Part shown: positions 27,967 to 36,520 of the stretch, piece by piece
How the letters are laid out: each line of letters begins with the position of its first letter
Position numbering within the stretch: the stretch's first letter is position 1
Origin: Candidatus Gottesmanbacteria bacterium RIFCSPLOWO2_01_FULL_43_11b
GTDB lineage: Bacteria; Patescibacteriota; Microgenomatia; UBA10105; UBA927
Length of the DNA stretch: 64,000 bases
Reading direction: 5' to 3'
NCBI GenBank assembly: GCA_001780985.1
Contig: MFJV01000001.1
Location: 158,980 to 222,979, forward strand
Notes under the pieces: generated by a model
Database searches by the model: none
Seen by the model: only the letters and a program-made list of their open reading frames with translations
Told to the model about the DNA's origin: nothing
Made by a program: the position numbers and the translations under genes

Positions 27967-28663
27967 CATGTTTATTCCCGGTTTTCACCGGGGCATGGAC
28001 TATATCTTCATCCGCAAAAATTGACGTTTTTCTGGATGAACCGAACCAATTATTTTTGCAAAATCGTTGTAAGACCTTGCCGAAATATAAAATCTCCAAT
28101 AATTCGGATCAACCGTTTTACTAGGATTATGAATTACTCCACAATGAATACTTAATTCTTCTAAATAGTGTTTTACTTGTAAAAGATCTTGCTTGTCCTT
28201 TTGACAAAAATACAAGTAATACCTCACCGAAGAATTTTTAGCAATACCACCTTCTGCATCGAAATAACCTCGGATATATTCGATTTTGTCGTTCTTAGAA
28301 CGTATTTCAATATCTCGTAAAATCTTTTTCGGAAATTCTACTATCCAAAGATTACGAGACTTTCCTTCTTTATATATCCAAGCTCCAACATGTAATTTAC
28401 GAATTCCTATTTTTAGAAACTGCGCAAATTCTCTACTGTTAGTTGCTATTCGATAGGTAGATTGCCGACTGGTACCATCGTGAGCCATTCCCAATAAATA
28501 TGGTTTCGTCATATGCGGCGCCAACGTGTAGTCTCTACGGAGTCCCCGATATAATCAGGGTTCCCTCGGTATTCCCATATGTTGATTATAAACCAAGCAT
28601 GAAGGGTTCACCGATACAGTTGGATTTTCCCATACCCTTACGGATATGGGTCGCAACAAACTT
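27967..28663 (-). mobile_element. group I intron (697 nt) in the 16S 3' region (inside the 1492R primer site), carrying a homing endonuclease ORF
   Basis: It splits AAGTCGT|AACAAGG. The 5' exon ends in U and the intron ends in G. Core strings AGAGACUACACG (28525..28536) and GAUAUAGUCC (27997..28006) flank the ORF. Confidence 0.8.
28000..28524 (-). CDS. LAGLIDADG homing endonuclease (intron-encoded)
   Basis: 174 aa with two LAGLIDADG-like motifs (YLLGMAHDGT and YIRGYFDAEGG). The TAG stop lies inside the intron core element GAUAUAGUCC. Confidence 0.82.
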   Translation of the reverse strand: MAPHMTKPYLLGMAHDGTSRQSTYRIATNSREFAQFLKIGIRKLHVGAWIYKEGKSRNLWIVEFPKKILRDIEIRSKNDKIEYIRGYFDAEGGIAKNSSVRYYLYFCQKDKQDLLQVKHYLEELSIHCGVIHNPSKTVDPNYWRFYISARSYNDFAKIIGSVHPEKRQFLRMKI

Positions 28664-29056
28664 ACGACTTAGTCCCCATCGCTGAGTTCGGCTTCGACCG
28701 TAAAAACGGCCTTCAGCCGCCCCCAACTTTGTTGGCTTGACGGGCGGTGTGTACAAGACCCGAGAACGTATTCACCGCAGCCTTCTGATCTGCGATTACT
28801 ACCGATTCCGACTTCATGAGGGCGGGTTGCAGCCCTCAATCTGAACTGAGGCGAAATTTCAGGGATTTGCTTGCCATTACTAGTTTGCATCCCATTGTTT
28901 TTCGCCATTGTAGGGTGTGTGTTACCCAGGGTATAAGCGCCGTGCTGACTTGACGTCGTCCGTTCCTTCCTCCCCGATACATATCGGGGCAGTCTCCGAT
29001 GACACTTATAACATCGGATACGGGTTGCGCTCGTTCTCCTACTTAAAGGAACACCC

Positions 29057-29087
<31 letters not shown>

Positions 29088-29202
29088 GCTGTGATACCAT
29101 CCTTGCGGATAGCCTACTATTTCTAGCGGGTTAAAACGGTACCATGTCAAACCCTGGTAAGGTTTTTCGCTTTGTCTCGAATTGAACCACACGCTCCACC
29201 GG

Positions 29203-29234
<32 letters not shown>

Positions 29235-29625
29235 TAATCTTGCGATCGTACTCCCCAGGCGGTCTGCTTAACGCGTTAGCTTACGTCAGTCCCCCTTGCG
29301 GCGGACCAACTAGCAGACATGCGTTTAGGGCTAGGACTACGCAGGTCTCTAATCTGCTTCGCTCCCCTAGCTTTCGTGTCTCAGCGTTAGGTGTGGGCCA
29401 GAAAGGTGCCTTCGCCTTTGGTGTTCCTCATGATATCAACGCATTTCACTGCTTCACCATGAGTTCCCCTTTCCTCTCCCATCCTCAAAGACTCCCCATC
29501 TCGAACCCAACGCCGAGGTTAAGCCTCGGGCTTTCAGGTTCGATGCGGAAATCCGCCTACACGACACTTTACGCCCAGTGAATCCGGATAACGCTTGCAC
29601 CCTACGTATTACCGCGACTGCTGGC

Positions 29626-29880
29626 CCGCCACAATTTTTTGTAGCGAACTTTGGACTATATCATCACCCCACAGATTGGGGGTCTCGCGTGTAGTCTCTG
29701 AGGACTCTCCCCGCCATCCTTTCATTATAAATGAAGGCGGAGGTTGCCTGCTGATTGTCTTGATACATGCTTGCTTTCGCAAAACTATTTCGCGGACATA
29801 TCAAGGTGTTCCAGCATATAGCGAGATTTTCTTTTACCGTATTACTACAGTAACTACGCACCATCCGATTACATCGAATC
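29626..29880 (-). mobile_element. ORF-less group I intron (255 nt) in the 16S 515-region
   Basis: It splits AACTACGT|GCCAGCAG. It has the same AGAGACUACACG (29688..29699) and GAUAUAGUCC (29653..29662) core strings as the other intron, with a short P8-like hairpin between them. It starts after U and ends in G. Confidence 0.75.
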
Positions 29881-30286
29881 ACGTAGTTTGTAGGTGCTTA
29901 TTCGCCAAACCTCGATGATCTGGCAAAAGAGGTTTACATACCGAAATACTTCATCCCTCACGCGGCGTCGCTCGGTCAGGCTTTCGCCCATTGCCGAATA
30001 TTCCTAGTTGCTGCCATCCGTAGATGTATAGCCCGTGTCTCAGTGCTATTGTGGGGGGTCGCGCTCTCACGCCCCCTACCCGTCATCGCCTTGGTAGGCC
30101 ATTACCCCACCAACAAGCTGATAGGAGCAAGGCCGCTCTTCCTCCGTGCCGTTACGCACTTTGATCTTACGACCTCATGGAATATTACCCCGTCTTTCGA
30201 CGAGCTATGTTCCAGAAAAAGGTACGTTCCTTGCTTATACTCACCCGTCCGCCACTAATCTTTCGACCGTTCAACTTGCATGCCTA

Positions 30287-30329
<43 letters not shown>

Positions 30330-30470
30330 AAAAAAAATTAACGTCCCGGATATCATGATTCGCTTACGCTCATCACCATCCGGGTCCGGCTGATGTCGCA
30401 ACGCGACATAATAGCCGGATTCCTATCACCATTCGTTTGTCAAATGTTAATGTGCGACTCTCAATGAGCG

Positions 30471-30497
30471 AAAAAAAGCCCCGCCATGCGGGGTTTT
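30471..30497 (-). terminator. intrinsic terminator-like hairpin downstream of the GH-like gene and upstream of the 16S leader
   Basis: The minus strand reads ccccgc-aug-gcgggg followed by cuuuuuuu. Confidence 0.55.
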
Positions 30498-30574
30498 GTT
30501 ACGAACCACACCTTTGGCGTTTGCGCTTCATTCACTCATTGCTTTTGTATTATATGAGGCTCAACTAGGTTACG

Positions 30575-31828
30575 TCAAGAGCCTTGAGGATTTAGCCTTG
30601 TGCTATTTAAATAAGGAAGTCGTTTTGCGGCATCCGTTAAATCCCAATCTTTCGTTTCTTTGTTAAAATGAAGCAGTGTCCACGGAAGAAAATCGATTTT
30701 CCCAGGCGCGTATGTTTGCACTGCAGCGTGGTCCCCTCCACAAAAAAGACCTACATGCGATATAAAATCTTCTGCTTTTCCACCCTGTCGTTCCCATTGA
30801 AGCATGACATGGTCTATCGCACGGTAGTAAAGATCATATCCGATTTGCGCAAACCAATCGTTATAAACTGGAAAATCTGATTTTTGGAATACCGGCATTC
30901 CCATTTCCGCAATAAGTACTTCTTTATCACGGAGAAATCCCGTACTTTTTTGTTCTAACAACCATTCAAATACTTCTTTCTTATCCTTGTATAAATCAAA
31001 CACTGATTGCGGCATAAGCGGTTCAAGAGGATGATCATAGGCAAAGTAATAATCAAAACCGACGGCTTCTAACGCATCCCCCGCTCGTTTAACGAGCGTT
31101 TCAACATCTTTACGCCATTTCGAGCGGTCTGCAAATGCGGTATTAGTAATTATCGTCGTCATTATTTTAGGCTTATCTGTTCGTAAAGAATATGCTTGGT
31201 GCGTTACATCAATCATCTTGACAATTGTGGACTGCTCAAAATTTTTAAAGAATGAATTGTTGACCTCATTCATAACTTGCACAAATGTTGGTTGCAAGCC
31301 TGCTTGGTCACAGATCATTTGCGCTTTTTCAATAAATGATTGATAGACTAAAAGAAAAGCAGTTTCATCGTGTTGGGCAAGATCAACCATCCATTCTGCC
31401 GGAGAAAATAAAACGAGAGCTGATAAAGAAAGTCCTGCTTCTTTCATTGCTTTGAGGCTTTCTCGATACGACTTTTCGATATTCAAGTCAAACGACCCAT
31501 CGTCTCGCATGAGTTTTCCAAGTCGAAACTCAGTCCGCACCCCAGCTACTCCGAGTTCTTTCAGTTTCGTATAAAAACTCAACCTTTGGTCAAGGGTATA
31601 TTCCAACTCATCGGGTAGATAATCAGAAACAAACGGCACAACGCGACGCTTCGCCCGAAACTCAGCTGCGTCAGTCCTCATATACATCGGCGCTTCTTTA
31701 CTACCCCCGGTAGTCTCACTTCCACGTAAATTAAACATAATAGAAGACGCTACTGCTAGTTTTGCCCCTTTTCCCAGTAATCGCAAAAAGTCTCTTCTAG
31801 AAAAACGAGGCTGTTCAGGAACGCCCAT
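30575..31828 (-). CDS. Tat-signal secreted TIM-barrel glycoside-hydrolase-like protein
   Basis: N-terminal FSRRDFLRLLG twin-arginine motif. VMNEVN and AEMG segments resemble the clan GH-A acid/base and nucleophile positions. Confidence 0.5.
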   Translation of the reverse strand: MGVPEQPRFSRRDFLRLLGKGAKLAVASSIMFNLRGSETTGGSKEAPMYMRTDAAEFRAKRRVVPFVSDYLPDELEYTLDQRLSFYTKLKELGVAGVRTEFRLGKLMRDDGSFDLNIEKSYRESLKAMKEAGLSLSALVLFSPAEWMVDLAQHDETAFLLVYQSFIEKAQMICDQAGLQPTFVQVMNEVNNSFFKNFEQSTIVKMIDVTHQAYSLRTDKPKIMTTIITNTAFADRSKWRKDVETLVKRAGDALEAVGFDYYFAYDHPLEPLMPQSVFDLYKDKKEVFEWLLEQKSTGFLRDKEVLIAEMGMPVFQKSDFPVYNDWFAQIGYDLYYRAIDHVMLQWERQGGKAEDFISHVGLFCGGDHAAVQTYAPGKIDFLPWTLLHFNKETKDWDLTDAAKRLPYLNSTRLNPQGS

Positions 31829-31842
31829 TAGAGCCCATTATA

Positions 31843-32433
31843 CTATAGGGTGATAAAAAATGCTGTCCCAGCGCCCAACAACCATCCTCCAACTACATCC
31901 GAGAACCAGTGGTGGCCGAGGTAGATACGGCTAAACGATATAAGTCCAATATATGCTGCCAACCCAAATCCTATCCACGATTTCTTTTTTATAAATGGAT
32001 AAGCAAGTAGTGCTAGAAACATTGCCCTTGCTGCGTGGCCGGAGGGGTAGGAAAATTCCTGCCAAACATGATATGTCGGGAATATTGTTGTCGGATTTTT
32101 GAGCATGAAAAATGGCGGCGCCGGATGACCGACGATAGTTTTTCCATACATTTCAGCAAGAGTTAAAAGAGCAAAAAGAACGGGGATGAGCAAAGATTTT
32201 CGTTTTGTTGCGAAGACAATAATTGCGGCTATAGAAAATAACGGGCTTGCGAAAAATCCTATATCTTCAAACAGTCCATCGCACCTCGTTGTACAGAATT
32301 TCCCAATAAAATCCTGTACCTTCACTGTTACAGTAAAATCCAGATTTCGGATTATCGCACGATCTTCATATTTTGAAAGAAGTGCAAAAGCAAAAAGAAA
32401 AAAGATAGAGAGAAACAAAAAGACACGCTTCAT
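31843..32433 (-). CDS. PAP2-family phosphatase
   Basis: PSGH and SRIYLGHHWFSDV motifs with multiple TM helices. Confidence 0.82.
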   Translation of the reverse strand: MKRVFLFLSIFFLFAFALLSKYEDRAIIRNLDFTVTVKVQDFIGKFCTTRCDGLFEDIGFFASPLFSIAAIIVFATKRKSLLIPVLFALLTLAEMYGKTIVGHPAPPFFMLKNPTTIFPTYHVWQEFSYPSGHAARAMFLALLAYPFIKKKSWIGFGLAAYIGLISFSRIYLGHHWFSDVVGGWLLGAGTAFFITL

Positions 32434-32463
32434 ATTAACGTATTACCATGTTGATATAAGAAT

Positions 32464-32652
32464 TTATACTGTAAGTAAATTGATACCAAAGAGGACAAAG
32501 AAAACACGAATTATGATTGCAATAACGATCAGAACAAAAATAGCAATAAGAAGAATCGGAAATGAAACAAATGGCGATGAGTATTGTTTCTGTTGTTCCC
32601 GTTCTCGCCACTTTTGATATTCGCTTCCAAGCCAAAAATGAAAAAGGCTCAT
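32464..32652 (-). CDS. small hydrophobic membrane protein (62 aa), translationally coupled to the GT39 gene
   Basis: ATG 32652 overlaps the GT39 stop as ATGA. MSLFHFWLGSEYQKWREREQQ is followed by a strong TM helix. Confidence 0.45.
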   Translation of the reverse strand: MSLFHFWLGSEYQKWREREQQKQYSSPFVSFPILLIAIFVLIVIAIIIRVFFVLFGINLLTV

Positions 32653-34235
32653 TGTGCTCCCTTCGGGTAATACACATTCCAAATTGTGTTTTTATAAAAA
32701 TCGCGGATGACGTGGTCCGGTTCTTCCTGGTCAAAACAATTCGGTCTCCCGAACACAATACTATACACTTTCGTGTCTAATACATCTGCCATAAGATGCG
32801 TGTCATTACAGTTTCCCCCAAACACAACGTTTTCCAACTCTAACTTTTGTGATGGATTTACTTGAGCATTTTTCCAAACTTCCTGCACGGTAGTCGGAGA
32901 AACGTGCGCATAAAACGCATACTGAAGCAGATCCGCAAGCGTTGTGCCCGTAAGTAGTGCTTTTTTAGTAGGAGTTGGCTGAGTTGCAATATCATGTTGT
33001 ACTTGCTTCATGTCAGAAACCCACACATCGGCTCGCTGATACGCGTACCTCAGGTAATAATCAAAAAGAAAATGGGTAAAACTAAAGAGGTATATTCCAA
33101 ATAAACCAATCGCAATCAACTTTCCGTAATTCCGTATATGGATCAAGCCATCTATACCCGTGGCTATAAGAAGTGCGAACGGAATCGTCATCGGAAGCGT
33201 CCGTGTTGCATATGGTTCGCCAACAATCGCTCCGGGAATTCCGGAAACTGCAAGCAGTCCGAAGACGAAAATGACCGCGCCCTTTTCTTGTTTTTTTCGA
33301 ATAAGAAAAAATGCACCTGCCAGAAGTAACAATAAATCAACAAGGTATAATTTCCCCCGCATGTACATAGTGTAAATTTGGCTTGCCTCTCCGTGAAGAA
33401 ACAGATGTCCGACTGAATACGAATAGAGATAATTCGACGTCCATCGACCCAATACGCTCATTGGTTTATTTATGAACGCCTGTTTGAGTTTTTCGGGCCC
33501 CATTGTGTCACGGCGCATGAGTTCAATTTCCCAAGCAACCTTACCCACATCAATTTTTGTTTCAGCGAGAAATCCCCGATTCTTATTTGCAAAAGAAACA
33601 GCGGCAAACAGGACAATAACAACCAAAAAGCCAACCATTATCCGCACCGGAGTTTTTTTATAGATAAGGAGCAGTGCCATTAATGGAATTGATATTGGAG
33701 CCATACCACGATAACTAAGCAGTGCGAAGAGAAAACTTAACATGCTCAAAATCGGATATCTAAAAAACGCAACGACAGCAAGGAGATAAAAAAACGCCGC
33801 TGTGCCGATATCATAAGCTGTTCTGCTGAAAAATATATGCCATGGCATAATCGCAAGAGAAAGCGCGGATAAAAGTGCCACAGACTCTTTTTTGAAAATC
33901 TGTTTAGCCAAAAAATAAATAAGTGCAATGCTTATCGTTCCCATGAGCGCGTTGGGGAGCCTGCCGGCAAACGCAGAAAGGGGTAAGAATTTAAATACGA
34001 TCACCGATATATATGTCGTGACAGGCATGAATGGGTAACCAGCCCGAACGAGGTAGTTGAGGAACGGGTATGATTCTCCCAAAACATTTTTCCCGGTTTG
34101 TGCGAGCGAATAAGAATTAAAAATGTACCCTATTTCGTCGTGTGTAATACCATGGGGCACTTCACCTAATTGATATATCCGCAATATAAAACCAAATAAA
34201 ACAATCCCCAAAAGAAAAATGTTCATTTTTTTCAT
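32649..34235 (-). CDS. GT39/ArnT-like glycosyltransferase (dolichyl/undecaprenyl-phosphate sugar dependent)
   Basis: 528 aa, polytopic, with N-terminal RIYQLGEVPHGITHDE (the DE motif of the GT-C fold). Confidence 0.8.
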   Translation of the reverse strand: MKKMNIFLLGIVLFGFILRIYQLGEVPHGITHDEIGYIFNSYSLAQTGKNVLGESYPFLNYLVRAGYPFMPVTTYISVIVFKFLPLSAFAGRLPNALMGTISIALIYFLAKQIFKKESVALLSALSLAIMPWHIFFSRTAYDIGTAAFFYLLAVVAFFRYPILSMLSFLFALLSYRGMAPISIPLMALLLIYKKTPVRIMVGFLVVIVLFAAVSFANKNRGFLAETKIDVGKVAWEIELMRRDTMGPEKLKQAFINKPMSVLGRWTSNYLYSYSVGHLFLHGEASQIYTMYMRGKLYLVDLLLLLAGAFFLIRKKQEKGAVIFVFGLLAVSGIPGAIVGEPYATRTLPMTIPFALLIATGIDGLIHIRNYGKLIAIGLFGIYLFSFTHFLFDYYLRYAYQRADVWVSDMKQVQHDIATQPTPTKKALLTGTTLADLLQYAFYAHVSPTTVQEVWKNAQVNPSQKLELENVVFGGNCNDTHLMADVLDTKVYSIVFGRPNCFDQEEPDHVIRDFYKNTIWNVYYPKGAQ

Positions 34236-34771
34236 ATGTGTTTCATAATCTCATAGAGTACTATTCCCAACGATACCATAACGTTAAGACTTTTATTTAC
34301 TCCCCACATGGGAAGTTCCACAATTGCGTCAGCTATATCGAGGACTTCCTTTGATACTCCATGTGTCTCATGACCGACAACTATTGCTAGGGGGAATTCA
34401 TATGTTACCTTGTAAAACGGTTTACTGCGCTTGTCTTGCTCGACAGCAATGATTTTTACCCCGTCACTATGTAGTTTTTTTACGATATCAATCGTATTTT
34501 TCTGATATTCCCAATTCACCCATCCGGTTGTATTAATTGAAGCTTTTTTAATCCGTGAATTCGGTGGTGTTAATGTCTCACCGCAAAGGATTACTTTCTC
34601 TGCAGCAACTGCATCTGCGAGTCTAAAAATCGACCCAACATTATATGTATCAAGTACATTATCGAGAATTATATATATTGGATTTTTCTTAATGGATTTT
34701 GCCTTCTCTGGATCGACTTCAGTCGTCCGAAGTTCCCGCGCATTGAGCTTCACCATGAAGCTATTATACAC
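34232..34771 (-). CDS. TrmH/SpoU-family RNA 2'-O-methyltransferase
   Basis: NVGSIFRLADA motif and a C-terminal LNVMVSLGIVLYE motif. Confidence 0.82.
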   Translation of the reverse strand: MYNSFMVKLNARELRTTEVDPEKAKSIKKNPIYIILDNVLDTYNVGSIFRLADAVAAEKVILCGETLTPPNSRIKKASINTTGWVNWEYQKNTIDIVKKLHSDGVKIIAVEQDKRSKPFYKVTYEFPLAIVVGHETHGVSKEVLDIADAIVELPMWGVNKSLNVMVSLGIVLYEIMKHI

Positions 34772-34783
34772 GAAGCTCTTTTC

Positions 34784-35089
34784 CTAAGCCTTTGGTTGAA
34801 CCGAGAATTCTGGGGGCGCTAGTGTTATCCCCTTCTCTTCAACGAATTTAAGCGCCTTTTCGAGATCTTCTGGTTTTACTACAGCCGGCAAAGGCAACAT
34901 TGACGTTTCTGTATACATTGTTCCATTTGTATGATCAACCCAAGCTTCCATAGTTAATGGAACTTGAGCACCTTTAATTGTTGCCACTACATCCCAATCT
35001 CCCACTAGATAATACCTAGTACCATCACCAATTGGTTTACCTACCACCGATAATGGCGTTCCGGGAACAGAAAGATTTTCAAACCTCAT
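34784..35089 (-). CDS. hypothetical protein
   Basis: 101-aa ORF with no motif recognised. Confidence 0.45.
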   Translation of the reverse strand: MRFENLSVPGTPLSVVGKPIGDGTRYYLVGDWDVVATIKGAQVPLTMEAWVDHTNGTMYTETSMLPLPAVVKPEDLEKALKFVEEKGITLAPPEFSVQPKA

Positions 35090-35113
35090 AACTTAATCCC
35101 TTCTTTCTTTATT

Positions 35114-35923
35114 ATGGACGGATATTACTCTCCCTCTCTGCCAAAGTCAACTTTTGCTATGATACGGTATATGTCAAGTTTTCAAGCGATTGTTCTTTCT
35201 ATTATTGAGGGAATTACTGAATTTCTTCCCGTCTCATCGACGGGACATCTTATTTTGGCCTCAAAACTTCTGCACATTCAACCTACGGAGTTTACAAAAA
35301 GCTTTGAAATTTTCATTCAGTTAGGTGCAATTATGGCTGTTGCTACACTGTACGGGCGCGTACTTCTGATAAACCGTAAACTTTGGCTTCCTCTTATCTC
35401 TGCTTTTATTCCGACTGCAATTGTCGGATTTACATTCTATCCGTTAATTAAAACCTATTTGTTGGAAAGCACAACAATTACAACGATCAGTTTATTTGTC
35501 GGAGGATTTGTTCTCATTTTTTTTGAACGAATTGGTTTCAAAAAAGATAAAACTCTGACATGGCAAAACGCAATAATTATTGGTTTATGTCAATCCGTAT
35601 CAATTATCCCGGGAGTATCGCGGGCTGCTGCAACTATAGTCGGTGGACTTGCGATCGGACTACCGCGAAAAGAGGCAGTTGAATTCTCATTTCTTTTAGC
35701 TCTCCCCACAATGGCTGCTGCGTCTGGATTGGATCTTATAAAAAGTGCTGGGAATTTTACTCAATCAGAGTTATGGATACTTGTTGTCGGATTTATCGGG
35801 GCTTGGGTTGTTGCCCATGTAACAATCAAAGCGTTCTTACGCTTCATTAAAACAAATACATTCACTTCTTTCGGTGTCTATAGGATTTTACTTGCATTAA
35901 TCTTCTGGCTTCTATACCGATAA
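35114..35923 (+). CDS. uppP: undecaprenyl-diphosphate phosphatase
   Basis: IIEGITEFLPVSSTGHLIL signature. The true start may be an internal ATG near 35156-35171. Confidence 0.88.
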   Translation: MDGYYSPSLPKSTFAMIRYMSSFQAIVLSIIEGITEFLPVSSTGHLILASKLLHIQPTEFTKSFEIFIQLGAIMAVATLYGRVLLINRKLWLPLISAFIPTAIVGFTFYPLIKTYLLESTTITTISLFVGGFVLIFFERIGFKKDKTLTWQNAIIIGLCQSVSIIPGVSRAAATIVGGLAIGLPRKEAVEFSFLLALPTMAAASGLDLIKSAGNFTQSELWILVVGFIGAWVVAHVTIKAFLRFIKTNTFTSFGVYRILLALIFWLLYR

Positions 35924-36350
35924 TCCAACCCAATCCTGCACCGATTATGACATCAGATGGATAATGAACTCCTAAGTAAATTCGTGATATTCCAATAATC
36001 GTTGCCAGAAAATAAAGCGATCTTTTCCATCGCGGTTCAAAACCGGATAACACAGTCGCAAGAGTAAAAGCAACCATAGCGTGCGATGACGGAAATGAAA
36101 ATCCCGCATACACACTTGGCCGTGGGCGAGCAAAAAAGGGTTTGATAATAAATTCAGAAAAAATCCAGCTTACTCCGGCGGTAATCATGAGTGGGAAAAA
36201 AACTTTGTGTTTCCTCAATACATACCAGAGAAACCAACCTGCGCCAACGCCGGTAATAAGCATTGCAAATCCATCAAAAAAATCGTTATGCGGGAGACCA
36301 TTAATGATCGCAAATAGCCGTTGGTCGAGGGCAAGGAGCGTTTCGATCAT
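35862..36350 (-). CDS. PAP2-family phosphatase
   Basis: RPRP, PSSH and SRIYLGVHYPSDV motifs. Confidence 0.82.
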   Translation of the reverse strand: MIETLLALDQRLFAIINGLPHNDFFDGFAMLITGVGAGWFLWYVLRKHKVFFPLMITAGVSWIFSEFIIKPFFARPRPSVYAGFSFPSSHAMVAFTLATVLSGFEPRWKRSLYFLATIIGISRIYLGVHYPSDVIIGAGLGWIIGIEARRLMQVKSYRHRKK

Positions 36351-36514
36351 GGCGTGGGTGTTGGCGTGATAAAAATTATTTTAATTGCATCATCTTCCGG
36401 TACCGGTGAAATCACCCGTCTTGCTGATACAATAACACCGATAATGATAATTGCGAGGATAAGAATCCCAACAAGAACTGTAATGGCAGCAAGCGTCCGT
36501 TTGCGATCATCCAT
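36347..36514 (-). CDS. small single-TM protein (55 aa, below the ORF-track cutoff)
   Basis: Own translation: MDDRKRTLAAITVLVGILILAIIIIGVIVSARRVISPVPEDDAIKIIFITPTPTP. The stop overlaps the next ATG as ATGA. Confidence 0.45.
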   Translation of the reverse strand: MDDRKRTLAAITVLVGILILAIIIIGVIVSARRVISPVPEDDAIKIIFITPTPTP

Positions 36515-36520
36515 ACAGAG

